This document shows positions 12,148 to 24,495 of a DNA stretch of 47,391 nt, piece by piece; the first letter of the stretch is position 1; every line of letters begins with the position of its first letter. The notes beneath the pieces are model-generated. The model saw only the letters and a program-made list of their open reading frames with translations, had not been told where the DNA came from and did not search any database. This DNA is from Octopus bimaculoides (Eukaryota). The stretch lies in the NCBI RefSeq assembly GCF_001194135.2, contig NC_069001.1, forward strand, positions 26,165,435-26,212,825, given 5' to 3'. Made by a program: the position numbers and the translations under genes.

Positions 12148-12935
12148 TATATGTATATAGGCAGACAAATATAAAGATAGATAACTAGATAATATATATA
12201 TATATATTTTCTCAACTTCTATTTTTCGTATGTATATATAGAGATACATGAAAATACACACACACCTACACAAACATATATATCTTTAAATATAGGCATA
12301 TATAAATGTGTAATATAAATGTGTAATATATATATATATATATATATATAGTTATGAATTTATAACAAATATATTAACTTTTCCAGAAATCTTATTAACT
12401 AGTAATATCAGAACAGATATAAAACGTGCGAAGATGGAAGGGGAATGTTGTAAATAGAAAAGCGGAAAACACATGTACACACACACACACACACACAAGG
12501 AGATGATGAATAAAAACGGGGGGAAAAAAGTATTTTCAAGAAAATAAACAAATATACAAACAAACAAATATATAAATGAAAAGATATCTCAAACATCAAA
12601 AGCATCGAAGAAAACATGAAAGGAATAAAAGCAAGAAGCAGTAAGTGAATAGTTTTTTTTTTTTTGTTATGAAAACAATAGAGATATGATGAATTTAAAC
12701 TAACAACACATCAACGATTTAATTCAAAGAATGATGTTCTGTTTTCTAAGCAAACGGAATAGTAATATCAAATAAAACAGGAGGTACAATACGTTACGCA
12801 ATTTGAGGTTTATGAACAAAGTGGATGAGAATGAGAATATAAAGCGTAAAGAAATTAGGAAAAAGAATGAAAAAAATAAAATATTAACAAAAGTATGATC
12901 AATAGGAAAATGCTGCAAAATATATAGCAGTATGA

Positions 12936-12995
<60 letters not shown>

Positions 12996-13187
12996 ATGCA
13001 CATATATATGTATGTATGTATACATGTGTATTAATACATATAAACGTGTGTACATACGCACGTACAGACAAAAATACATGTGTATAAGTATATAAGCATG
13101 TATGTATATATATATACATGCATGTATAAATACATATACCTATATCTCTACTTGTCTGTCTGTCTCTCTCACTCTATCTATCTATCC

Positions 13188-13265
<78 letters not shown>

Positions 13266-13294
13266 ACACATATATATGTATACACACACATATA

Positions 13295-13341
<47 letters not shown>

Positions 13342-13370
13342 ATGTGTGTGTATATATGTGCGTGTACGCC
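12080..13370. repeat. Cluster of (TA)n, (CA)n and (TG)n microsatellites
   Basis: Arrays at about 12108-12150, 12328-12350, 12477-12496, 12938-12993 and 13190-13360. Confidence 0.9.
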
Positions 13371-13894
13371 TATATGTCTGGAGATAGAGATATTTCGTAT
13401 GAAACACTGAGGAAGTGAAAGTAATATAGTGAAATAAGATAAGATTTTTAAAAAACGATATGAAAAAACTTTCTGATTATTTAGACGTTTTAAGTACATA
13501 CCAGGGCGGAATATAAAACGGTAAAAGAAATCTAGTATTAAGCGAAGTCTGCAAAATTGTCTATTGTTGTTTCTCAGACCCTGTCCAGCAGTGATCATGC
13601 AGATATATGATAACATGTGTTCCATCCGTGGCCATACTTCCTTTTTGTAGATCGGGATTTATTTTGTGCAGTGTCCCGACAGCCTTACATTTCACGTAGT
13701 GTAATTTAAGCGAAATTTTGCTGGAAATTTTGGCAAGGCACAGTGCGTTTATGCATTTCTTTTTTGCTATTTCTCTGAACGGATGTGTTTTGTTTCCATT
13801 TTTTGCATTTGTTGGGGGTTTTATATACAATTTTGAACAATAGGTGATGAGAATTACTTACGATACCTCTCTTAAAACATTAATACAATGACAG

Positions 13895-14155
13895 GTAGGG
13901 AGTTCGATATCCCCGACGGTGCATTATTTTCTTGAGCAAGGTACTTTATTTTTAGTGTCTGCCAGCCCACTCTGCTGGCAAAGATGAGTAGCGCCTATAA
14001 CTCAAAGACCCAGCCCTGTCAAATTATGTGTCACGCTGAGAGTATAAAGAGTGTGCGTGCCTATTGGTATACTCAGTCCCTTACACGTTAATTTCACGAG
14101 CAAGCTGTTCCGTTGATCGGATAAACTAGAGCCCTCGTAAACGACGGAGTGCTAG
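13895..14155 (+). mobile_element. Degenerate SINE family B-related copy
   Basis: B-box-like GTTCGATATCC and a tail (TGTCACGCTGA..CACGTTAATTTCACGAGCAAGCTGTTCCGTTGATCGGAT) shared with the copies at 20083 and 29596. Confidence 0.75.
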
Positions 14156-14334
14156 CTTTTGTGAGTTGTTAGCAGTTGTAAAGTTTTATTTCGAGGTTGA
14201 TTAATAACAACTATGATCCCTCTCATTTTACGTGCAATTCTTATTAAAACAAAGTAAATAAAGTCAAATTTTTACAAATGACAATTCCATTAAATATTAA
14301 AAGACAAATTTTCAGCACGCCGAACTTTGTCATA

Positions 14335-14508
14335 GTAAGTTAAGGGGTTCAGCAAAATGAAAAAAAATATATAATAAAGGGGATGGGGAATTCCTAGAAT
14401 AAGTACCAGATTTAAACTAAGTAATGCGATTGATTTGTTCAAGTAAACATTGAAGATTGTGCCCCAATGACTAAAGCAAGTAAAATATTAACGATAAAGG
14501 ATAAAGAA
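14335..14508 (+). mobile_element. Degenerate SINE family C 3' half
   Basis: GGTTCAGCAAAA..GAATAAGTACCAG..GATTTGTTC..TGCCCC AATGACTAAAGCAAGTAAAA parallels 26590-26706. Confidence 0.55.
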
Positions 14509-14959
14509 TGTGTTTGAACAAATATATGGACAGTAAATGAAATATCTAATAGACAATTGGTAAACCCGATACTAAATTTCCGAGAAACATTTCACTTAAG
14601 AGTGGTTCGGCAGCGTACAGAAACAACGAAATACTCTGATAATTTCATCCAGAATTAATAGGGTATAAATGCAGCATTTTCTTTACTTTTATTCTAATAG
14701 GATATATATCGCTCAAAGATTTCCTCAGACTGAGTACATAAATGTAAGAATGTTTGTTTGAATATTCATAGCTTACTTGTATGTATGAGTTAGTCAATAT
14801 CTGTGTATATATATGTACGTATATGTATATGTGTGTCTGTAGATGTATAGGTATATAAAAATATATATAGATATTAAGGTCTTCAACCTTTACATTATAC
14901 TAAATAATAGGCGCCTTTGTTATACATATATATAGGGAAAATTCACAAAAAAAAAAAGA

Positions 14960-15085
14960 CGTAGACAGGTGGTGTCGACAACAAACAGATGTATTAGTAT
15001 AAAACCCGGGAAGTGAAAAAGTCTTTAACGTTTCGAGCGTACGCTCTTCCACAGACAGGAATACAAAAAGAAACAAGGAGAGAAA
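14960..15085 (-). mobile_element. Penelope-type terminal repeat fragment with a hammerhead-like motif
   Basis: Minus strand reads CTGT-CTGTGGA-A-GAGC-GTAC-GCTC-GAAAC-GTT-AAAG. This resembles the CTGANGAAGAGC..GCTCGAAACG signature of Penelope-like element termini. Confidence 0.6.
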
Positions 15086-15238
15086 AAAAAGTATGTGTAT
15101 TGGCTAGCGATATATCATGGCGAGAGATTCGTTTTTTTAATAAATTGAAATAATTTTTTTTTTCTTTTTGGATTTTATAAATATTGTTCTCCAATTTGAA
15201 AATATCTATCGGGGTTTCAGTATTCAAGGATACAACTA

Positions 15239-15364
15239 CAGGTGTCCACAAAGTCTGGGTACATGGGGATTAACACATACTTTAAGAAATTATTATTTCT
15301 TGTATTTAATTGTTTATGTTATGATTTCATTTGCCCCATGTACCCAGACTGTGTGGACACCCTG
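15239..15364. mobile_element. Tc1/mariner-type MITE, 126 bp
   Basis: TA flanks at 15237-38 and 15365-66. TIRs of about 30 bp: CAGGTGTCCACAAAGTCTGGGTACATGGGG and (rc) CAGGGTGTCCACACAGTCTGGGTACATGGGG. The core is AT-rich. Confidence 0.92.
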
Positions 15365-16491
15365 TAGAACTTTAGGAAAAGCAATATTTTAAAAATTCCT
15401 TCAATTCGTCTTTCATTTTCGATTTCCGTTCTTAAATATTGAAACTCTCGACACGATATTCAACATGGAAGAACAGTATGTAAGAAAGAAACAAGTGATT
15501 TCAGTATATTAAATATCGCACCTCCTACATCAAAAACATGCATGTTTAATATGACATAAAGGCCAAAGTCTTTAACACCTGTCTTTTACATGAGGTAAGT
15601 TATATTTCCGAAACTAGTATAAAGGCGTTTTGAATGTAAGGGCGTCTTGATTGCTGGTCTCTTGTGTAGTACACATGAGACATACGGCTTTTAGGTCACT
15701 TATGCGAAAGTATGGTAAATAAGAGTAAATATAGTTACGTATATATGCCTCTGTGTGTGTGTGTGTGTGTACACGCATAATACAAACATGCATAGATGGG
15801 AGAGGAGAGAGGGATATGTAATTAGGTGTTCTTATCTAGATGGAAAATAATACACAGACGTGTCTATAAACATACATATGTATATACATACACACATATA
15901 TATATTTATATACACAAATTTCAATATGGTTGAACTTATATGTATGTCTGTCTATGTATGCGTAAGTATACACGTGGATATGTATATATATATATATATN
16001 NNNNNNNNNNNNNNNNNNNNNNNNNNNNNNNNNNNNNNNNNNNNNNNNNNNNNNNNNNNNNNNNNNNNNNNNNNNNNNNNNNNNNNNNNNNNNNNNNNNN
16101 NNNNNNNNNNNNNNNNNNNNNNNNNNNNNNNNNNNNNNNNNNNNNNNNNNNNNNNNNNNNNNNNNNNNNNNNNNNNNNNNNNNNNNNNNNNNNNNNNNNN
16201 NNNNNNNNNNNNNNNNNNNNNNNNNNNNNNNNNNNNNNNNNNNNNNNNNNNNNNNNNNNNNNNNNNNNNNNNNNNNNNNNNNNNNNNNNNNNNNNNNNNN
16301 NNNNNNNNNNNNNNNNNNNNNNNNNNNNNNNNNNNNNNNNNNNNNNNNNNNNNNNNNNNNNNNNNNNNNNNNNNNNNNNNNNNNNNNNNNNNNNNNNNNN
16401 NNNNNNNNNNNNNNNNNNNNNNNNNNNNNNNNNNNNNNNNNNNNNNNNNNNNNNNNNNNNNNNNNNNNNNNNNNNNNNNNNNNNNNNNNNN

Positions 16492-16546
<55 letters not shown>

Positions 16547-16993
16547 GTATATAGACACGTATATATGTCTGTATGTACATACCCATATATATATATACAT
16601 ATAAAAGTATATATATATATATATATATGTACAGACGTATACAGAAATATGCAAATGTTTAGACGCACAGACATATATTCTACGTAACTACATACCTACA
16701 TACATATATGTATATATATACATACCCAAATACATACATACATTCATACACACCTACATAGAGAGAATACTAAGAACAGTGAGATCAATAATGTAGGATA
16801 TGAGAAAAGAAGAACGAGCGTCTACTGCGGCTTTGGAATGGCGTCAAAGATAATATGGCCTATATCTATATGGTATTGAAGATGGCAAGCATAGATAACC
16901 TGGAAGGACAAAGGTGCGTGTGTATATGTATGTGTGTTTAAATTTATTCAACTATTGTTGTTCGAATGCTTGTATATATCTTTGACTGTTTGC

Positions 16994-17041
<48 letters not shown>

Positions 17042-17171
17042 GCACACACATATATACACAAACACACAATCACACACATGTATATATGTTTATATGCATA
17101 CNNNNNNNNNNAAATTTATAGAAATACACATGTATTTGTGAGTCTACATACTTTCGCATTTACATACACAG

Positions 17172-17212
<41 letters not shown>

Positions 17213-17290
17213 AATATATAAACACAAACACACTCATATATATGTATACACATATATATTGATACATTCGCAGACATATATATACATGTA

Positions 17291-18193
17291 TTGTGTTGAG
17301 TCAAAAGTTTTGCAATGTTTTGGTAACTTATTTGCTTTATTCGTAACAACAAAGGCAGCCTACTATTAAAGGAAAATGCTATCGTGTAGTACTGTCTGAA
17401 GCCACTATCAGCCAGTTCTTTGATCCTAAACTGTCAGCAGTTCTTATCCATCGAGTCCAGCATCTCCTTCAGAGAAGCTTCAAATACCTCGTCGTTGACG
17501 AATTGTCTCGAACGCAGAAATTTAGCCGTGGATCATAACAAGAAACAATCAGCAGGATCTAGGTCCGGACTATATGATGGTCACTTCGATTCTATCAATT
17601 TCATGCAGTTTAATCCGGCTTCTTCGAGCGGTATTAAGTCTTTCGTTACTTTGCTGCACAAAGGCTGTTTTTTTTTTTTTGTTTTCTGTTAGACAACGCC
17701 GGGCATTTTTGACGAACAATGGCATACGTCTATCAAATGCAGACCTCGCCTGCTATTCTCTGAGGACCATTCAACAAATTTGGTTCTATGTCTGCGAACA
17801 CAGCCTGGAAATCAATGGTTTTTAACCCAACTGACCTTGCCTATTCGTCGAGATTCTTGCAACCCGACCAAAATAATTTGAAACATCTGGCTAATTTGCT
17901 ATGATCAACTGCGCCTTCAATTTTCGCACTATATATATACCTATGGTTGTTTCCTAGGTGTTATGGACAAGTTCGAACTCGTAAACCATACGTTCTTGAA
18001 TAAGACTACAATATACATTTATCTGAACGGTTTTCAAATCACATACGGAGCGAAACAATGCACATCGTACAAGCACACCAAATACCACGATATTACTGGA
18101 TACCTTTCACGGCGTGAACTACTTCCGTCCTGTGATGCACACTCGGAAATCTTGCATTTTTGCGAATATTTCAAATCTTTTGATTCGCCTCAA
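17291..18193 (-). mobile_element. Internally deleted mariner element (about 0.9 kb) with both TIRs
   Basis: TA-flanked TIRs match at about 23/30 positions. Minus strand reads VYEFELVHNT*ETT, EGAVDHSKLARCFKLFWSGCKNLDE*ARS (N-terminal HTH region), then IVRQKCPALSNR, then PSYSPDLDPADCFLL (YSPDLAPxD motif) and FLRSRQFVNDE. Confidence 0.9.
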
Positions 18194-18230
18194 TATATGT
18201 GTGTTTGTATATTAATATTTGTGTATTGCA

Positions 18231-18450
18231 AAGGTGGCGAGCTGCCAGAAGCGCATCATGCCTGGGAAAACTACTTCGCAGCATTTCGTCCGCCTTTATA
18301 TTGTAGGTTCAAATTCCACCGAGGTCCACTTTACCTTTCATCCTTTCGGGGTTGATAAAATAAGCACAAGTGAAGCACTGAGGTCGATTTTATCGACTTA
18401 GGCCCCCTCCCGAAATTGCTGGCTTTGTGACAAAATTTGAAACCAATAAT
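18231..18450 (+). mobile_element. SINE family A (tail type 2-like)
   Basis: Homologous to the other A copies. Confidence 0.85.
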
Positions 18451-18477
18451 TGGTATTGCTATATTCATATTTGTGTA

Positions 18478-18630
18478 AAGGCGGCGAGCTGGCAGAATCG
18501 TTAGCACGCTGGACGAAAGGCTTAGTGGTATTTCGCTTTTCGCTACGTTCTGAGTTCAAATTCCGTCGTGGTCGACTTTGCCTTTTATCCTTTTCGCATC
18601 GATAGATTAAGTATCTGTTATGCACTGAGG
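18478..18630 (+). mobile_element. SINE family A, 3'-truncated
   Basis: AAGGCGGCGAGCTGGCAGAATCGTTAGCACG...GAGTTCAAATTCC head. Confidence 0.88.
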
Positions 18631-18659
18631 TAATAAAAGGACCGCAAATTAATTTCCAT

Positions 18660-18872
18660 TGGCAGAATCGTTAGCACGCTGAACGGTATGCTTAGCGGTA
18701 TTTCGATCGTCTTTATGTTCTGAGTTCAATTTCCGCCGAAGTCGACATTGCCTTTCATTCATACTTTCGGAGTCGATGAAATAGGTACCAGTTGCCCATT
18801 GGGGGTTGATGTAATCAACTCATCCTCACATCGTACCAAATTTCAGGCCTTGTTCTTTTAATAGAAAGGATT
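18660..18872 (+). mobile_element. SINE family A (tail type 2)
   Basis: Homologous to the other A copies. Confidence 0.85.
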
Positions 18873-19199
18873 ATTTCCACGTTAAGTAAATGGATAGCTC
18901 TAAAGTGGCGTTGGCTTTGGTTAGTTCCACGAAAACAAATGTTGTGACCGTCCGTAGTATCAAAGGAAATTAGCTTCAACGGAATCATTATTCTTACACA
19001 CAGACCTTAAATTACGACTGAGAACAACGAAATGTTAACTTTGGTAATGATGTGTTTATCACGAACGACGATTATTCTGTCTAGATATATTGTTTTGTGG
19101 ATGACGGAATTATTTATGTTTTTGTGTGAGCACAACGATATGTGTTGAACGTGTCGTGAGCATTATGTTTACTGGAACAATACTGTGATAAGTTCAAAA

Positions 19200-19800
19200 T
19201 GTCATAATCCGGGAAGCTTGCATCGGTGACCCTAATATTGTTGATTTTCGCATTACTGATCTAGAAGTTATACAATATGTTGTTGATTCTGTTTTGAATG
19301 TAGGTCTTTTCCTTCGTGACCTGCATGCTAGTAGAATCGACGAAGGTCTTTGCCTGCCTTCAGTTATGCTGTACGTCATTTTAGAGCTACTCGGTCATTC
19401 GAAGTTGGATAGTTTTCATGCGACAACTTTTGAGTACACTATTTCGTTGGTCTAAATTGGTTAATGATTTTGTCTTGTCTTGACTTACTTGAAGTGGTTT
19501 GTATGATTTGATGCACTGAAACCATTTTATTGAAAACATATCCATGTTGTGTTGTTATCCAACTATCATGAACATGTCTCAGACTTTGAGAGTGACAGCA
19601 GCACATTTCATGGATGTGCATTAATCCAAACCCTGAAGTCTGCTAGATCGGAATCTACATGCTGCTGTCTTTCAGTTAGCGTCATCCATATTTCTTGATT
19701 TCTTCTGGCAAGTTAGCCATAATGGCTTTTTAGATATTGTTACCCATATGTAACACTCCGTCCAATATTTACAACAATATTGTATTTTTCATGCTAGATA
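19200..19800 (-). mobile_element. Possible ancient BEL/Pao LTR-retrotransposon gag remnant
   Basis: With one frameshift the minus strand reads MANLPEEIKK/IWMTLTERQQHVDSDLADFRVWINAH, reminiscent of the Pao gag pattern KLPxxxxxxW...LxxFxxWL. There are many stops and the similarity is weak. Confidence 0.25.
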
Positions 19801-20012
19801 ACGCACAGAAAAATCATCATTGGTTCGTACTTCAGATAGCTCTCCCTGATCATGTAGACAGGTTTCGTATGCTCTGTCTTTCTAGCTGTCTAGACAAAAT
19901 CAAATGATTTTTTTTATAGATGTCGCAGTAATTTCTATTGTAATCTGATTTTTTCTCACATATCTTATCTCTTGCTTGTTAATATCATTCTTGCCATGTC
20001 GTTCATGCCATC

Positions 20013-20082
20013 CAGTTTTGTTACTGATATATACGTCAGTTTTCTTACTGATATATACTTCAGCTTTGTTACTGATATATAC
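20013..20082 (+). repeat. 24-bp tandem repeat, 3 copies (CAGYTTTSTTACTGATATATACKK)
   Basis: Units start at 20013, 20037 and 20061. Confidence 0.9.
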
Positions 20083-20453
20083 GGCAATGGTGCAGTGGTT
20101 AGGGCAGCGGACTCACGGTCGTAGGATCGTGGTTTCGATTCCCAGACGGGTCACTGTGAATGTTTATTGAGCGAAAACACCTAAACGTTCCACGAGGCTC
20201 CGGCAGGGGATGGTGGCAAACCCTGCTGTAATCATTCACCACAACTTTCTCTCACTCTTACTTCCTGTTTCTGGTGTACTTGCATTTCAAAGGGCCAGCG
20301 TTGTCACACTGTGTCACGCTGAATCTCCTCGAGAACTACGTTAAGGGTACACGTGTCTGGAGTGCTCAGCCACTTGCACGTTAATTTCACGAGCAGGCTG
20401 TTCCATTGATCGGATCAACTGGAACCCTCGTCGTTGTAACTGACGGCGTGCCA
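20083..20453 (+). mobile_element. SINE family B (tRNA-derived head), near full length
   Basis: A-box TGGTGCAGTGG, B-box GGTTTCGATTCCC, and close similarity to 29596-29981. Confidence 0.92.
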
Positions 20454-21125
20454 GCCATACGTCATGTACTTCATTATTCACATCTCTCTTCACATTTTTA
20501 TACAGTATCAAATTACTGGGTAGAAGCACGCCGTTTCATAAATCATTAGTAAAGCATGAAGAATATCAAAATGTTGGATTTATCTTATGTCTTCGGTTAC
20601 ACCTCAGACATATGCACACCTTTTGCGGTTTATCTCCATCTTAATCGTTTAATTCAAGCAGAATTTCTTCGCTTTGTTTCAACAGAATCTATCTTTTATA
20701 TCTGAGTACAAATTTTACTTATTATGCCATGAAACCTGGTATTCTTTTATTATTATGATGTTAGACAGTACGTTGTGTTAAATGCATATCTTTCGTTTTT
20801 ATGCGCTCTGTCTCACTGCCGCAAAGTATATTTCTACCCGTGTCCACGATCTCGAATTTTGGACAACATACATCATTACTCAGTCTTGAAATCTTCTCGA
20901 TAGGATTCGTATCATGGACTCATAGTAACATAGGAACAGAGAAATACGTATTTTGTTTCTAACATACTTATCAAGCAGTCCCTTGAAACCATACTTAAAT
21001 AGTCTATCGTATATATTGGTCACAAAGATTCTCTTAAAGATAAACTATGTCTATGTAATTAATGAATGGTAATGAGCTGAGTATGTGTATAAAGACAGAC
21101 GCACACACATATATCCATATTTGTA

Positions 21126-21223
21126 TGTATACATACATACATACATACATACATACATACATACATACATACATACATACATACATACATACANNNNNNN
21201 NNNNNNNNNNNNNNNNNNNNNNN

Positions 21224-21276
<53 letters not shown>

Positions 21277-21680
21277 CGTTGCATCATTTTTGTTCGGCCA
21301 AAAGGTAATGAAAATCGACTTCGGTGTGTATACACACATACACATAAAGGCACACATACACACACACGCGCAGACGCAAGCACTCACACATGCACACTCA
21401 TATACGCACCCACACACTACCACGCACTCACACATACACACACACGCGCGCACGCACACACGCACACACACACACACATATGTGTATATATATACATATA
21501 CGTATGCCATAGAGGTACAGTGAAGAGACAGATTGATGACGTTTCTTGCCAATACACTGCTGAGACAGACACGAAAAATTACAAATAACATTTTCATCAA
21601 CATCCTCATCTTCATCATCATCATCTTCAACAGCTCCATCATCCTCAACATAATGATCACCATCGTAATCATCATCATTT
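21126..21680. repeat. (TACA)n, (TA)n, (CA)n-rich and (CAT)n microsatellites
   Basis: Read directly from the sequence. They explain the 21034-21678 ORF. Confidence 0.9.
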
Positions 21681-22570
21681 TCGACTCATCATAGACGCCG
21701 CCATTGCTTCATCTTCAGCGCTCAGACATCTCTGTCGTAATATTCTTTGTCGTTGTGATCGTCATTGTTACAACAGTCATTCTGAAATATTTCTTTTCTT
21801 CGACGAGTGTGTATAGAAGATAATTACTATTATCTATTATAAATAGCATTTCCTCATTTCAGAATTTTGTCTGTCAACTTTCAGATCTACATCTACATTG
21901 AACATTGCCAGAGAACAGTATTACAGGCAGATACAGATCTCTCTCAACAATCGTTCTTTCGCTTTTTTTTTCATCATGCGTATATATATATATATATATA
22001 TNNNNNNNNNNNNNNNNNNNNNNNNNNNNNNNNNNNNNNNNNNNNNNNNNNNNNNNNNNNNNNNNNNNNNNNNNNNNNNNNNNNNNNNNNNNNNNNNNNN
22101 NNNNNNNNNNNNNNNNNNNNNNNNNNNNNNNNNNNNNNNNNNNNNNNNNNNNNNNNNNNNNNNNNNNNNNNNNNNNNNNNNNNNNNNNNNNNNNNNNNNN
22201 NNNNNNNNNNNNNNNNNNNNNNNNNNNNNNNNNNNNNNNNNNNNNNNNNNNNNNNNNNNNNNNNNNNNNNNNNNNNNNNNNNNNNNNNNNNNNNNNNNNN
22301 NNNNNNNNNNNNNNNNNNNNNNNNNNNNNNNNNNNNNNNNNNNNNNNNNNNNNNNNNNNNNNNNNNNNNNNNNNNNNNNNNNNNNNNNNNNNNNNNNNNN
22401 NNNNNNNNNNNNNNNNNNNNNNNNNNNNNNNNNNNNNNNNNNNNNNNNNNNNNNNNNNNNNNNNNNNNNNNNNNNNNNNNNNNNNNNNNNNNNNNNNNNN
22501 NNNNNNNNNNNNNNNNNNNNNNNNNNNNNNNNNNNNNNNNNNNNNNNNNNNNNNNNNNNNNNNNNNNNNN

Positions 22571-22619
<49 letters not shown>

Positions 22620-23046
22620 ATACACACACATATGCCTGAAGTGGTTTTATGCGCATGTAAATGAAATTATGTCCGTGCACATGTGTGAGTGCATACAATA
22701 GCGTCGAACTTATATATTTGTGTGTGAGTGCGTATATCTAAAATTATATATATGTGTATGCATGTGTAATAGTCTACTATAAATATACATATATTCATAC
22801 TGTGTGTCCTTATAGATCTGCCATGTTTCCGAATACAAAGAGTGTTTAATTGCTTCCTTAATTATGGTAACTCCAATCAATACGATGTGGTCATGGAATA
22901 CAACTATTAATTGCTCCATTAAAGGGGAACTAGCTTCTAGAAATCATGATTGTCCTCAATTGTGCTCTGGTATCTGGTGAATTATGAAAAACTGCTTGCA
23001 TCAATATGCATAACTGAACACACATGCGTTCGGCTATATGTATGTA

Positions 23047-23100
<54 letters not shown>

Positions 23101-23573
23101 CACGAAAAAAACAAGCACAAACATATGTACGTATGAACAGACATACATACGTTCAGAGGAAGACAGAGGCTATATACATGTATGTATATGTGCATGTGCA
23201 TGAATATATGTGTATCTATATATCTATATTTCTATCAGTCTATATCGAAATCTAACTATCTATTTATCTATCTATCTATACGTATATGTGTATGTGCGTT
23301 CAAATAACATATGTTTGTGCATATATGTATGTATGTATGTGCTGCGTTTGTATAAAGGTTTGAGCGCATGCGAGGTTTCTGAATAAGGGTATAATATATA
23401 TATGTACACGACTTTGCTGTTTCCTATTATTATTTTTTGCCCTCTTTTTCTTTTTCTTTCCTGAAAAACCCGATCTGAAAACAAAAACAGCATACAAAAG
23501 AACTAAACACATTATATGAGTGTTCAAAGATTCCTCGGTAATAGAAATTTGGAAAGAAATCAATGCAGTGCCT

Positions 23574-23645
23574 GTTATCATCATCATCATTATCATCATC
23601 ATTATCATTATTATTATTATTATTAATAATAATAATAATATTACC
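23574..23645. repeat. (ATC)n-(ATT)n-(AAT)n compound microsatellite
   Basis: Read directly from the sequence. Confidence 0.92.
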
Positions 23646-24028
23646 ATTATGAGCACTACGAGTATTATTATTGCTGTTGATGTAGACGTTTATTGTTGCT
23701 TGTTGTTGCTTGTGGTTGCTGTTGATGTTTTTACTAAGTATCATGTCATGAGAGGTTTGTATGTTAAAATTGATTACGCATTGTTCGAAATATAATGTAG
23801 CATTAATTATGTAATTATATTTCCCTAGTTCAAATCATACTGAAGTCGATTTTGCTATTCCTTGCGCTTATAAAAGTAATAAAATGCAAATCAAATAATG
23901 GTTCTCTTTCAATACACTAAACCCCATATCATAATAATGTGTGCTTTTCCAAATATTTAAAATACATTATTATTATTATTAGTAGTATTATTATTGTTAT
24001 TATTATTATTATTGTTGTTGATGTTATT

Positions 24029-24426
24029 GCGAGCTGACAGTATTGTTAGCACACTGGACGAAATGCTTAGCGGTATTTCGCCCGTCGCTAGGTTCTGAGT
24101 TCAAGTTCTGCTGAGGTCCACTTTGCCGCACATCCTCCGGGGTTCGATAGAATAAGTACCAATTGAACAATGGTGTCTATGTAATTGACTAACACCCACC
24201 TCCGCAAACTACCCTTGTAGCAAACATTTGAAAGAATAATAGTAATAATTATAATAATAATAATAATCACGTAAAGACGGACGAAATGCTTTACCCTCTA
24301 ATTTCAAATTCCAGCGTGGTTGACTTAGCTTTTCACCCTTACGGGGTCGGTAACTTAAGTACCATTGTAATTCTGGGGTCGATGCAATCCCGCAAAATTT
24401 CAGACCTTGTGCCTTTAGTAGAAACG

Positions 24427-24495
<69 letters not shown>

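Noticed and set aside
15505-15600. Acceptor ATTTCAG and strong donor GAG|GTAAGT
   Set aside because: All three frames are closed. A UTR exon cannot be excluded, but nothing else supports it.
20083-20155. tRNA-like sequences at the heads of families A, B and C
   Set aside because: They continue into SINE bodies, have degenerate stems and in one case a clear TSD. They are SINE heads, not tRNA genes.
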